NCBI RefSeq assembly: GCF_018350175.1
Contig: NC_058368.1
Coordinates: 79,052,001-79,116,000, forward strand
Reading direction: 5' to 3'
DNA: 64,000 nt
DNA from: Felis catus
Lineage: Eukaryota
The first letter of the stretch is position 1. The number at the start of each line of letters is the position of its first letter. Under the pieces are notes generated by a model that was not told the origin of the DNA, ran no database searches, and saw only the letters and a list, made by a program, of their open reading frames with translations. A program made the position numbers and the translations under genes. Positions 1-13,870 of the stretch are shown one piece after another.

Positions 1-3000
1 TCGTGAGTGATGACTTAACTGTACCACCCGGTCTCTTCCTTTATCATCGTTCTTTCCCTTTTCTTTGTCTTAAACTAATAATGGAGATGAACCTTAAATA
101 GAGTCTGAAGGAGGCAGCACACACAGTCTGTATAGTCATGGACACACATCCGTGCCAGGAGACCGGATTAGAAAGGGAGCAAGGAGGAATCACTAACACA
201 GGGGGTGTCTGCTCACCACTGTGGCACTGATCAGAGGCACATCGACAGGAGATGTGGGTGCCCATACGGAATTGTCCGACAGACTCACGGGTAACGGAGG
301 TCATTTCCGCTGAATCATTGCCGGCATCTTTAAGCTTAAGTACTTGGGTAGTAGCGGTTCAGGAATATGTCACTGAGATTTTCTGTATTTTTTTTCCCTT
401 CACAAACACTCGCAGATAAGTATAACGTGTTTTATTGGTGGTGAAAAGAAGCTGGGAGTCGTAGAGAACAGGTGAGGGAATCCAAAACAGTTATTTTACC
501 AGCAGATGGTAACCACAGCGGGTGACGAGCGCCGGTCCTCTGATACGCATGCGGAGAGAGCCTGGGGTGACGCGTGGCGGTGCCCGGGAGGCAGGTGGCT
601 CACCTGGTGGCTCACCTGCAGCCACTGTTCCTCCTGCACTCGTGCGTGTGCCGGGACACTTGACATTGCAGCAGGGAGGCTCTTAAATCGGAGCACGCGT
701 TGGGACTTTGGAAGAAGCGCATCCGAAGCCAAAATGGGAACGGGTTCCCATCGCATCACACCGGTCTATTTTCCTCACTCTTTAACTCCCCAAAGGAGGC
801 TAAAAATACAGGACGAAAAAATAAATGAATTCATTTATTCGCTGCATGCTTGCTTGTGTGTTCCATATTGAATCGTCGGGAAAGACCGCTTTCTTCAGCT
901 TCTCCAAGATGTAACTTTTCGTATACTTTATACCAGAAGACCAATCTTTAACTCCCTAGCAATAAAGCACGTTCATACTTCCCTTTCGTGCTAGTCAGAG
1001 AGCAAAAGGGTTTTTCAACCATCGTTTATTCCTGACCTGGAAAGCCAGACTCCTCAGTTTCAGAAGCAAAACATTGGTTTGAAATGTGTTGGTAGTTGCA
1101 GGAAGGGTTGGCCTGTCTCTCTTTCGGGTGGTTAATCTGGACAAATCGAATGAGGAGCTGTTGAAACAACAGTAAGTTCCTAATGGATGGCTGTTGTTTC
1201 TGTGGCATGGTTCCCAAATCGCTAAGAGTCACAGCGTATGTTTCTATTAAGAAGTCAGTGTTCATCATTTGGCTGTGAACGGTTACCAGGAATTAATTGC
1301 CGTTCTTTTCCATAGTTTTAAAAGCAACGCTAGCAGACAACAGAGATCAGAGCCATCTTTTGCTGCGTGAAACTGCATAGAATATTCGCCAGAAATTCAA
1401 TTCTCTTAACTAAAAATACGATGATCCCCTTATTGTCGCTCTGATTTGTCTTGGAGACATTGTGAGATTGTTTCAGTCCTTTACATTAACCAGACTCGTG
1501 CAGAAAAGTCTCAGAGGCATCAGTAGGGGCTTCTAGCTCCATTTTCTCCCATTGAACATTGGCTCCCACCCCTGGAACCGCCTCCGTGGCGGTGGTGAAC
1601 CCCAGCACCTCCTTCTGTTTCTGGTGCGGTGGACACATCTTCCTTTCGGAGCTGCTGGGTTTGTTCACCGATCCCACGCATGTTTATTCCCTATGTAGTT
1701 TGGGGTCTGGGGTCAGTGCGTGAGGCATGGGAATTTTTAATGTTTCACTCACAATGATTCCTCCCATCCGCAGAATGTGCTACAACTATTCAGAGCTTTG
1801 ACTCCATTTGATCTAAACCCAATAACAACTCCGAAGAACAACTGTACGCAAAAAAGGAAAGTCAGCAGGGCGAACGGTAATGGCCTCATGTGGGACACGA
1901 GGAAATAGAGTCTTGAGGGTCAACATACTCATCAAGGCATTCGGTGCAGTTCGTGCTTAGTTTCAGTGGCAAGGCTGCTTTGCCGAGCCCGGCATCTAAG
2001 TCTTGCTATGCTGTGTTCTTTCCACTGCATTGAACTCGATCTATATCTTTCAATGTAACCATCTGAAGCCCTTTTATTCAGATTAGAGAACTTGAAATGC
2101 ATAGATTATGCACCGTAGTGTGAGCTTTGATCAAAGGCACTTACAGATTCCTTTATTAGTGAGCAGATTGCTTCTTGCGGTTCGTGTCTTTTTTATGTTG
2201 ATCATTCACCTGGTAGATGAAGGAGAACCACACGGAGTGCGTCCCGTCGCGGGCCGATTCTGATCCCAATCTTTCTTACGCAAACCATCAGCCAGTGACC
2301 CTCAAGACCCGGTGCTTTTGGACTCTCGTTCCTAACTGCATCTTGGACAGAAAAGGAGAAGAAGGAGAAAGGGGAGAGAAAGAAAAGAAGTGGAAGATGG
2401 AGAAGGACTGGAATCAAGAGAGAGCTCTCAGGAAGGGTGTGACTCTAACCAGTCCTGGCTCTGAGCGGAGACCCGGCTGCTGCGCTGGCCATTCCCTGGG
2501 CGGTCCCGGGGGGCAGACGCTTGTGGGTGATGGTCCTGGAGATGGGCGTCAGGGTAACACTGGTTTCCAGTTCACGACTGGAGCTGAGCAAAGGCAGTCT
2601 GGGAACGGTCATAAAAAGCCATTTTGGTAAATCTACCCAGTTTGCAGTTGGCTGGGCCATATTCTAACTTCCCAGCGTTCTGCACCTCTCCGTGATACTT
2701 GCTTTCTCTTCTCTGCTTTCCTCTTGCCCCTCAGGCCGCACACCTTCTATGGGGTTGCTGACTGCGTCTCCCTCAGAAGGGATGCGCGTGTGCTGAGTCT
2801 GCCCCCATGTCCCTGCCACACAGTGAAGGAACGGGCACGGGGTAGACATCCACGCCCTTGCGCATGGCCAGCGAATGAGTCTTTGTCCATAAGAAGTGGC
2901 CAAACCATAGGATACATCTTATACAGATGCCACAGATGTGCAAGAGTTTTTACAATCCGGAATAATTCACAACCCAAACCTGACAATGGTCATATCTAGG

Positions 3001-5979
3001 GAAATGTTTTGAGACGATGGCCAAGTAGAATTTTAGCTTGGATCTATGATTAGAGGATCAATATGTTCATAAAGTCCTCCTGTATTTAAAAAGTATTTTT
3101 CAAATGGGTTTCCACCTCATAAGTACAATTTAGGTAGAATAGTGCATAAGGCCAAATTAATGATTTTAAGCATTTATGAAAACATGTATTCCCATTGACC
3201 ATGTTTTGCTCTAAAGCATTTTGGCCTTGAAACAAAAAGTGACCTATTGTATATGTTACATCACTGGCCCTCACGCCAGCCTTCTTTCCCATGACTGCAA
3301 GCAGTAACCACGAGTTTTGACAAACTCATTCATGATCCTATTCTCTCAACATCGTCAACATCGCTGCTTTCACGTAAGGTGCTTTTATTTTGAACAAAAA
3401 GGAAGAAAACTCAGGATATAGCATCGGCCGCAAAGGAGTCCTCCTTGCTCGCGGTTTCTTGGCCCTGTTTCCAATTAAATGATATGTTTGAAAAACATGG
3501 TGGACCAGTCAGAGGTTGATCCTCATTTCATGGCAGAATTTAGGTCAGTTGTTTAAGGGGGAATAAGAGCTAATCTGAGCAGACTTACTCTGGCCCACTT
3601 CCAGTAGTGTTTTCTGTGTCTCACCAGATGTATTTTTCCTTATGAAACAGAGTCTTCAGATCACTTCATTTGGGGGGGTGGGAGGAATACAGATAGTTTG
3701 AATTAAGTCGTAGTTTGGAAACAAGTTAAACGAAGCCACTAGTTATTAACCTTCTGTTGTTTGTTTTTCAAAATTGTTCAGATATTTTCTCTATCCAAAT
3801 ATATACAGTTTTAGTCCCGTCCTACTTTAAGGTGCCTTTGAAAATAATCCCTCCGAAACTCTGCATGTTTAATCAACCACTTTCTGCCCCGATTTCCCCA
3901 AGCCATGCGACAGCGACTGGCAGGCACTCAGCCCCAATGCAGAACATGCTTGTTTTGCAATGTTATGTCATTTATGTAAAGTGAAAACTTTTGAAACTAC
4001 TAATTCTAAGTGGAAAAATAAATGGTATAATCTGGTTTTCACACATTTTATATGAATCAACTGGTTATAGGACGATTTTTTTCTGTGTAGTTATTTGAAT
4101 GCTATATTCATTTTAAAGCCATCTGGTGGGATGACGAAGGGAGAAACAAATCTGTCAGAGTCGGTCCACGCGGCGCCAGGGGTGCTGCTTCAGAACACAG
4201 AAGCTCAGAGCGCAGGGGAAGTCAGCGCCGGGGACTGGCTGGCCCCCATGTAGGGGAGCTTTCCCAGAGAAGTGTCATTGTCCTTTCAAGCGGATTTTGA
4301 AACTTTGGGGTGGGGGTAGCTTTGTGGACAGGCAAAGGAAAGAGTCCTGTGAGGTGAGGTTCCCTTGAAGCAGGTGCTCATGGTCACTGTGACTGGAAAC
4401 TGTGGAAGGAGAAATTGAGACAGATTTTACATGGCCTCAGACATATTGAGGACGAGAAGTCAGACCCAGGAAGACTTCCGGTGACTTATTCAAGATCCTA
4501 CAGACAGAAAGTGAGCCACAAAATGAGAGCGTCAGCTCCGTCCCAACGACCCAGATGAGATGATACTTGCTCGTTCTCCTGTGTGATGTGTGTACGTGTG
4601 TGTGCGCATGTACATGTCTGTGTATGTGTGTGTGTATGAGAGAGAGCGAGAGGGACTGAGATTCTGAAAGAAGTCACAAAAGGCTGTCACAAAGGGCAAA
4701 CCCCAAATCTTAACGAAATGCACTTTTCCTATTTGTGTGTGCTCACTAACCAAAAAAAAATTACAGTAATTATGTTCTTTATCGTCATCTTCCAATGTAA
4801 TTTTCAAGGAATGGCCTAGATTTCGTGGTGTGTCTTTGTAAAATATATGATCTTTGAAGGAGCCACTCTTAACAGTGCTGAGAATTGCAAGATTAACATT
4901 TTACCATAACATTAAATAAAATCAGTTGGATGAAGGATTTATTATTTCATTAATCTAAAATAGTACGGTAGAGAAAAGATAATAAAAGTAAAAGCAAGAA
5001 ACTGTTAAAGTTTTAAGCACCTTCCACTTTTTTTTTTACATCTTCTAAGACAAGACAATGGTGTTGGAGCCCTTGGCTCTTATTAGCACAATAAATTAAT
5101 GGTTTATAACCTTTGTTTTATTACTCAAGGAGCACTTCATAAATCAACTGTAAGTACAAGCCAGAAAATAGCCCATAAAATTATTCTTTCTCTCATATCC
5201 CTTCCCTTCCTCTAGAATTATTAATGTTGAAAATAATAAGCGTTAGGGATCCTAGTGTATCTCTTGGTACTGTGTGCATTATAAACTGGGAATTACTATA
5301 TATATGCACATATATTTATTTCCCTTTTTCTCTTGTACTAAATACACACGCATCCATAGATACAGACACATTTTTATTATGAAAGTAGTATTTATTTCTG
5401 ATAAGAAACTTGAAAAATAGAGAAAATTAAAGAAGAAAGTACAGATCACCTGCAACTGAACTACCTAGAGATAACTGCCCCAAATGTCTTCTGTGTCTTC
5501 ACCGACTCAGTTTTTAAAAATAATATTACAAAATTGGATTCTCGGTCAGTGCCTCTCTCTCCTATTTCACTCTGAACTCCATTGAGGAAACATAGTATGT
5601 CTCTCTTTTTTCATGTATGTCCTCAGGCACCATGTGCATGCGTGTTTGTGGTTCACCGTTACATCCCCTACAGGGTCTGGCACAGAGTTGACACGGAACC
5701 GGTGTTTGTCGACTGAATGAATGAACCTACTTACTGCAACATTCTCTCTTTGGAAATGAAGGCATCCACTGTCAAGCCTTACTGACATGTGTGATAGTTT
5801 CTCCTTGGAAGTAATTTCATATTGTTCTCTCAACTTCCTTACACAAAAGACTAAGTCCAAAATCGGGCACTTAATAATTGCCAAGTGAGAGCTAGCTGTG
5901 CCTGTTCCTGACCCAGCTTTCATCTCCTGGAGACCAACCGAATTTCCTCTAGCTCAGGCTTCTTGGTTGATCGAGTCAA

Positions 5980-6250
5980 GGAGCATTTATAGAGCACCAC
6001 TGATGTCCCTGTAGTTGCACCAGGGTGATTATAAAGAAGGGGGTGTGATGTAAAGAAGGACTGTGATATCCCTCTTCTGCGGGCTTACTGGCTAAGGGGG
6101 AACAACACTAAACTAACGAATAAGCACAGGCTGGGATCCACTCTGGGGGGGCAACCCGTGAGGACCCGGTATAGACAGGCCAGGTGTCATGAAGGGCATC
6201 TGTAAGAAGAACACTCGGGGGCTGAGATCTGAAGGCTGAGGAGCAGGAGG
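5980..6250 (-). mobile_element. L2-like fragment
   Basis: catttatagagcacc ... gctgagatctgaagg; heavily diverged. Confidence 0.4.
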
Positions 6251-8295
6251 TAGGGGCGGGGCGGGGCGGGGACAGAGGGTGCCGGCTGAGAGCTGCTGGG
6301 GCAGGTGACAGAGCCCCAGGAACAAGGAGACGAGGGAGAGAACGGTGCATTGGGGCAGCGTTTTCTCCGCCTCCTTTGTTTCATTATTGCCGCCCTAGGG
6401 AGGAAAATGAATGTGAGTGACTGACGAACTTATTGCTGGGAAGGGTAGAAAATCGTAGCGATTACACTGGTTGGTGGCCCTCCAAAGCTCAGTCTTCCTG
6501 GACGGTAATTGACAACTGCTTGACAGCTTCTAAAACACGGCAGTTTCGACCGTGCCTAATCCAGTTCCATCTCGTGTGTGTCGATCTAATTTTCCCCAGC
6601 TCCAGGTTTATTTAGTCCTGCAGTAAGCCTTTATTAAGCACCTGCTACATGCCCCAAGCCTTGTAATAGCAAAGGGTTTTTCTGCAGATCAGGAAGCAGT
6701 TTCACCGTCTTGAGGTCGGTGCTTAGCGGTGAGCGGTGGCCAAGCCCCTGGGACCTTGGTTGCATCAAAACACAGCATTCTGTTTTACGTTCCCTTTGAA
6801 ACCACCGAGGAGCTTCAAAGAGGGTGGTAACGTGACATGATTTATGCTTTAAACGTGAAAACAATGTGTTGTTGGACGGCAAGCGCAGAGCCAGGAAGCC
6901 AGTTAACAAACGGGTGTCGTAGCCTATGCACATGGAGCTGTGGTGGGCGAGACAAAGAGCGGGGAAGGGGCGGGAGAGGACTCACGGTGACCTTCCACAG
7001 ATAGGCCCGTTAAATCACTTGAAGAGCGAGATCTCTTTTCAAACCGGCATCTCTAACAAGCGTGAATTTGCTGCACAAAATACGTGCGGAGCTCTGAACG
7101 ATGGAAGCACGCGGCCCTCCAGGGGCTGAAAGAATACATGCAGGTGAATCTCAAAGAACCCATGAACACAACCACAGAACACGTTTTTGGGACAATTAGG
7201 AAAGCTATGTATTTTTTATTATATCTAAAAGCACTCTTAAGGATGAGTAAGATAAGAGCCGGTGCCCGCGATGAAGGACCGGGAGGGATCCTGTTTTTTG
7301 GAAGTAAAGCAAGCATCAGAAGATGCAAAGGGCAGTGCCTTGTTGGACACTGGTGGCGGAGACCCCTGCCAGGGCGTCTGTGCCGCAGGCAGCATGACGG
7401 GCTGTGACTGTATTTGCTGCTCTTAATCGTTTATAACGTGTATGTTCCACGAAGCAGGTAATTCCTAGTGGTGTTCTTGAGGCCATCTTGTTACAAAGGA
7501 AGACCAGCGGCGCTCTTGAAATGAATACATTAACTTATCCGATGCACTTTCCTCTCTGCTTTTGAAGCTGGTCTGCTTTGTTTGGGTTTGGCTTTGGTTT
7601 GCTTTTCACCATGTGTGACTTTGAGACGAAGAGGTTTATTTTTGTAAGTGCTCTTGACCACGTCGACATGCTTTCTGTAATGAAATAATATACAGGATCG
7701 CATAGTAAGTTATTCACCAGGAAGCTCAAAATAGTAGTTTTTATTCATCACTGCTTGCTGTACAGGTCATACTGTTCTAGGTGAGAGTAATTAATTTTCT
7801 TAGCCTGTAATTATGTGTAATTCGAGCCAAACCACCTTCCTCAAATACCAGAAGATACAGTACTCTGTTAGATGTGTGTGGCTGTAATTATCTTCTCTGT
7901 GTTGAAGTTAAACTTCAAGAATAGTCTATTTATAACAAAGAGAACTTGTATTTTAGTATAAATGTATCCTCTGAGGATGTTTAAAAATACATTCAGAGCC
8001 AGGCTGAACATTAGAATATTTCCATTTGGTAGTTGTTCAAAGCTACCATGAAAAATGTAAAATACTGAAATATTAATAATAAAATATACACACATAAAAT
8101 AATGCCCATCCTTATAAATATAATGAATCCAAGAAGCAAATCAGGGAAATGTGTGAATTTAGCCCGGAGAAGATGAATTTTAGTTAAATGGTTGTTTTAC
8201 TGAACTTCTTGAAAGGACAGACTATATTCTATTTGTCCTTGTGGTCCTGGAGCCTGGCAAGGTGACTGGTATCGGGAAAGCCCCTGGCAAATGTT

Positions 8296-8890
8296 TGGAT
8301 GGACAGATGGATGGGTGGGTGGATGGATGGATGGATGGATGGAAGGATAGGTGGATGGAAGGAAGGAAGGAAGGAAGGAAGGAAGGAAGGAAGGAAGGAT
8401 AGATGGGTAGGTGGATGGATGGATGGATGGATGGATGGATGGATGGATGGAAGGATGGGTGAATGAATGGATGGATGGAAGGAAGGATAGATGGGTAGGT
8501 GGATGGATGGATGGATGGATGGATGGATGGATGGATGAATGGATGGATGGAAGGAAGGATAGATGGGTAGGTGGATGGATGGATGGATGGATGGATGAAT
8601 GAATGGATGGATGGAAGGAAGGAAGGATAGATGGATAGGTGGATGGAGGGATGGATGGGTGGATGGATGGATGGATGGATGGATGGATGGATGGGTAGAT
8701 GGATGGATGGATGGGTGGATGGGTGGATAGATGGATAGATGGGTGGCTGGATGGATGAACAGAGGGATAGATAAGTGGGTGGGTGATTGGATGGAGGGAC
8801 GGATAGATGTGTGGATGGGTGATGGAGTTAGGGATGGATGAATAAATGATTAAATAGATGGGGAGGACAGACACTTGGTAGGACGGATGA
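8296..8890 (+). repeat. Compound (GGAT)n/(GGAA)n microsatellite
   Basis: About 600 bp of GGAT/GGAA/GGGT tetramers. Explains ORFs 8197..8874 and 8411..8602. Confidence 0.97.
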
Positions 8891-9927
8891 ATAAATAAGA
8901 GAAAGAAAAATTGGGAAAGCTACAAGATACCATGTGCCTGAGAGTATGTGAAAATGACACAGAACCACGAATGTGTGCAGGACTGGTCATGGTGTGCATG
9001 TGGAAGTGTTGGAGTTTGAAGCTGTTTCTGTTTGAAAAGGATTACGTGGTAGGCACAGAAAGTGCTTTGCATGGTAAAAGTAGGAAGAAGTGTGTTTTAG
9101 AGGAACACAATGACATCCTCAGATCGGCAGGAAGGAAAACCAGGCTGATGGGAGAGTGATGCAGACATCAAAACACATAAAAGGAAGAGTGTGGTGTTCA
9201 TCATGCTGTCTAGAAACCCGTTTTAAGTCTGGGAACAGACCTACTTGGTAGGCACTTGGAGGGATACCAGGCATTTTTTTTTTTTGGAATGCTAATATTA
9301 CAGTGAAAGATGACCACTGTTGATGCAACTATAACATTATATGTCTTGTCTTTAAATGGGACAAATATTTATTAGAATAATGCTAATGCTTTTAAAGTAA
9401 GGGAGATTAAAATTTTTAAGGATTAATTCTTTGTCAGTAATAATGAAAATAAAGCATGTTTGTAGCAAAAAAATAAGCATTCGCATAAACTATTATTAAA
9501 ACATAATTTATGGTAATTATTAATAAAGCTATTTCAAGAATTATAGACATAGATGTAGAGGGACAATGTCTACCATAATGCTGACAGCAGTAGTAACATT
9601 ATTCAATACAAATTCCAAGCATAAGAATGCTATTGGCCCTTGATAGTGTCTACAGAAGTCTCCCGTTGGATTTCTGCTCTCACAGAGTGTGTGAAAAGTT
9701 AAAATAACTGTCAGTAACATCTGTTGTAGAAGAGTAAAAAGTGTGAGCTCTTCAGAGATGAACAAATATCATATTATGGAGGACTTTGAATGCCAAACCC
9801 AAAGATATGCATTTTAGTTTCTAGGCAATATGGAGTCATTGAAGGCTTCTGGAAGATTAATAAATTGGAGACAGGAAGGTGGCCAGAAGGCAGGGAAATA
9901 ATTAATTCTCTATTGATAAACAGCTAC

Positions 9928-10153
9928 TTTATTTATTTATTTATTTATTTTAATGTTTCATTTTATTTTTGAGAGAGAGAGAGACAGAGGGTGAGCAGGG
10001 GAGGGGCAGAGCGAGGGAGACAGAGAATCCGAAGCAGGCTCCAGGCTCTGGGCTGTCAGCACAGAGCTCGACAGGGGGCTCAAACTCACGAACTGCGAGA
10101 TCATGACCTGAGACGAAGTGGGATGTTTAACCAACTGAGCCACCTGCGAGCCC
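9928..10153 (-). mobile_element. Can-SINE (SINEC_Fc type)
   Basis: Reverse-complement tRNA-like head, GA-repeat region and T-rich tail. Confidence 0.93.
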
Positions 10154-12159
10154 TGACCTACTATTTATTTATAAACTACTACTGAATCTAGAATTATGAG
10201 ATAAAATCTAGATTTCGGTTTGAGATAATCATCTATGAGAAATGTGGTGGCACCAGAAATGTGCAAGGTAGCGTCTTTGTGTCTTGCTCTTTGCATTAGA
10301 TGCGTTTATACAAAATGAATGCATTTAAATAGTTTAAATGGACTTAGGTTTTTTTAACATATTTTAAATGAACTATATTTTTAATATCTGAGTTCATGTT
10401 ACAGTTAGTGTCCATTAAAATCACTCTTGAAATTCTACTTTCTTCATTTTCGTATTCCATTTACTTTTATCTCTCACCTTAATAGATGTAACTCATGACC
10501 TTTATATTTTTCCGACATTATCCTAGCCCACCCATATCTCACAGTCACGTGGAATATTCAGACAGGTATACAAATAATGACAAAAACAGGAACTCGGTAG
10601 TATTACAGAGATAGATAAACAAGGTGCATTAGCGATGTGGATCGCTGTTAGAATGAGTTCATTGTTGTAAGGGACACACTAAACTTAGAGTTCACCAAGT
10701 CATCTGTGTTTTAAAGGATGAATAGGGGCTTATCCAGTAGACGCTTTAGAGAAACGCGTTGAAGGAAAAAGAAATCATATACGTGAAACCAGAGCAGAAA
10801 AACACGTTCCCGTTTTGAAACAGCAAGCAACAGGATGTAGTTTGAGAGTAGACAAATCTGAATGCGTTGAGTAAAGCCATACTATGAGAAGTTTAATAAA
10901 CATTTCGAGAGTTTGAACGTTATCCTGAAAATCATGACCTACTCTTAAGTAATTATAAGCCTGAATGTAACATGAGCTTGATGTGTAGAAAGATCGCTCT
11001 GAAGATAGTTTTGCCGGTGGGTCTCCCAGTCAGTGAATGCGGGACATTCCTAAAAGGGCAAGGCCAGTAGGATGCAGGGTTGCCATGGAAACCGTGGGTG
11101 CCTGTCCCTCTACTACACTGGAGGGCAGCCTCTGCCACCAAGCTTGTCTCCTCTCTGCTTTCCCGCACCTCTGTGCTAGGAGGCAGCATTCAGTGAGGAG
11201 GAGAAGGAGGACAAGGAGAAAAGGGGGAAGGCCATCCTCAGAGGTTCCCTTGACCTCCCTCCGTGCAGCCTCAAGGCCACCCACACTCCATGGAAATGCC
11301 ATTCCAGCAGCTGTCTGAGCTCCCACAGCCAACACCTCTAAAAACTCCCTGAGAACGGTAACAGTAATTGAAGCTTTCGAAGTCATCAATGACAATTGTG
11401 CTTAATCTTTGAAAATCTGTCACTTCAAAAAGAAAAAGAAAAAACCTAATGGTTTTCTAATAAAAATAGCAATGACTATAATTCACAGATGGTTTACTTT
11501 TACAGGAGTCAGAATGACATTAACATTTTCATCTCAGATCAGAACAGTCTGCGTCTGGGGAGCACACAGGGAAAGGGCTCTGTAGGAGAATGTTTTAACC
11601 TCTCTGTTTCTCTGGTTCTCTAAGAAACACCTTCTTTTAAGAGAATGTAACCAAAATTAAAAATGTAGGTGATCTGGACATTTGGTTGCATTCAAACGAA
11701 GCCTAATTTGTTGGATTTGGTGTAGCACGCTAATGCGCTGATCACAGAGTAACTTTACGTGAACTTATTCCATAGAAAAAATAAAAAAGACCAACGCTTT
11801 TCTCCTAGTCAACATCATTAATAGACAATGGAGGTTTAGAACTCATGTGATCTTGTCTAGATTCTCCTGATAAAAAAAAAAAAAGAATCCTAGATGTATG
11901 TCCTACTAATTCTTAGCATCAGCGATAGCAGAGGACTTAATACTAAAATGTGTTATTCAAAACAGTTTCTGACAAAGAAATCCAAAATACTACTAAATGG
12001 CTAATTTCATTCTTTAAGGAGAGAAGAGGCATTTACTATAAACGTGACATCTCTAAAAGACCAGCAAATTCAAACAAATACTAAAATACCAATGAGTGTC
12101 TCTAAATAATGCCAAACCACAAATAAATTACATGGTAAAAAATATATATATAGGAAAAA

Positions 12160-12305
12160 AGAGAGAAAGAAAGGAAAAAATAAAGGATGGGAGGAAGGGA
12201 AGAAAGAAAGAAGGGAAGGAAGGAGGGAAGGACAAGGAAGGAAGGAAGGAAGGAAGGAAGGAAGGAAGGAAGGAAGGAAGGAAGGAAGGAAAGGAAAGAA
12301 GGAAG
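12160..12305 (+). repeat. (GGAA)n and purine-rich tract
   Basis: Pure GGAA run at about 12236-12290 within a GA-rich stretch. Confidence 0.93.
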
Positions 12306-13652
12306 GGCGGGTGGGCGGGTGGTCCCATTGGATATGTGTAAAGTGTACCCAAACAGCTGAAAGAAGAATTTTCTAGCCCATCTAAATGTGATGGTAGCAC
12401 AGTACACAGCCACGTTCACAAGTCTTCAGCTCTGCCTTAGCGGGATACTTGTGATGTGAATTCAGCCTTCCGTCCTCGCCTCCTCCCACTGAACCGAAAG
12501 CACAGAAGCTTCCCTCACTTACAAAGCCCTTGGCTCTACCTCTGGAGAATTTTCACGGGCATAACTATACCCACTCACCAGGAGCTTTGGGGGCTGGACT
12601 GTCCTTCTGGCTCCCAGAGGAGCATCTGTCTGTCTAGCATTGCTCCTCTCACATGCCCCGTGCTCGCATTCCCGCCCAGTTCCTCCCTTGCCATCATCCC
12701 AATCCGTGGATCTCAACAAGGACTCCTTTTGTTCTGCCTGGAGACATGCAGATCTGGCCTGTGAAGCACTCAGACCCCTCTTTAACTAGCCACTGTCGGG
12801 TCCTGGGACATCTCTAATACATTGAGAGAAAAGCCTACCGCATCCATATTTACTCCTCTTCTAATTTAGCCTCCTTGTGTGAACTGACACCTGGACATTC
12901 CTGAAAATACTCTGTTACAAGGATTCAGTTTTTTTTCACTTCCTTTGTCTCAGTGGAGGAACGGGGCCAGCTGACTCATTGCTCCCCAACCTTCTGTCTT
13001 ACATCTACACCATTTGTGGACTGCTTTCACCCCACGTTTCTTTTTCCTTTTATCCCCCCCCCCCCATCATGTGTTCTGTCACCTACTGGCTTCCATGACT
13101 TATCTCCAGCTTACTCAATAACTTTGGGTTGGCTTCTGCCTTCATTGTCCATCATACCTTATTTTCATCCTTGAAGACATTATCATCCATTGCTATGACT
13201 CATCTTATACCAAGACTTCACAATTCCTTATGTTCTGTTTCTAATCTGAATCTAACCCTCCCCACATCCTTACCACTTGTGAAGTTCAAGAATATATCTT
13301 CATATTCTTCAGGAGATTAAATATGTGTGCATAATGGCAAATATGCAATGCAATATAATAAGAGAAACAAAGAATCATCTGTAGGATATTATGGGAATGC
13401 AAATGGAAGTCATCAAAGTCCTACTAGAAGTGGATGCATGGATATCAAAATGGAGATGGGGTTTGATTTCAGTCGTGAAGGATAAGTAAGAGTTGGCCAA
13501 CAGACCCCCAACAAATCCAAATTGTTGATGACCTTATATTGCCCCACTTCACCAGGGACCTCCCAAAGCCAAGTCTGACAACCCATTCTCCAGACAGTTT
13601 TAAGAAGGAACTTTATACACTTCTAATACAATCTGAAAAATTATTTTTATGA

Positions 13653-13870
13653 GGGGCACCTGGGTGGCTCAGTCGGTTAAGCATCCAACTTCAACTCAGG
13701 TCATGATCTCACAGTCCATGAGTTTGAGCCCCGCGTCGGGCTCTGTGCTGACAGCTCAGAGCCTGGAGCCTGCTTTGGATTCTGTGTCTCCCTCTCTCTC
13801 TGTCCCTCCCCTGCTCATGCTCTGTCTCTCTCTGTCTCAAAAATAAATAAAAACATTTTTAAAAAATTTA
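13653..13870 (+). mobile_element. Can-SINE (SINEC_Fc type)
   Basis: GGGGCACCTGGGTGGCTCAGTCGGTTAAG head, CT-rich region, A-rich tail; TSD-like tatttttatga on both sides. Confidence 0.95.

Noticed and set aside
8197..8874. 225-aa PSIH-repeat ORF
   Set aside because: Translation of the (ATCC)n/(TTCC)n microsatellite.
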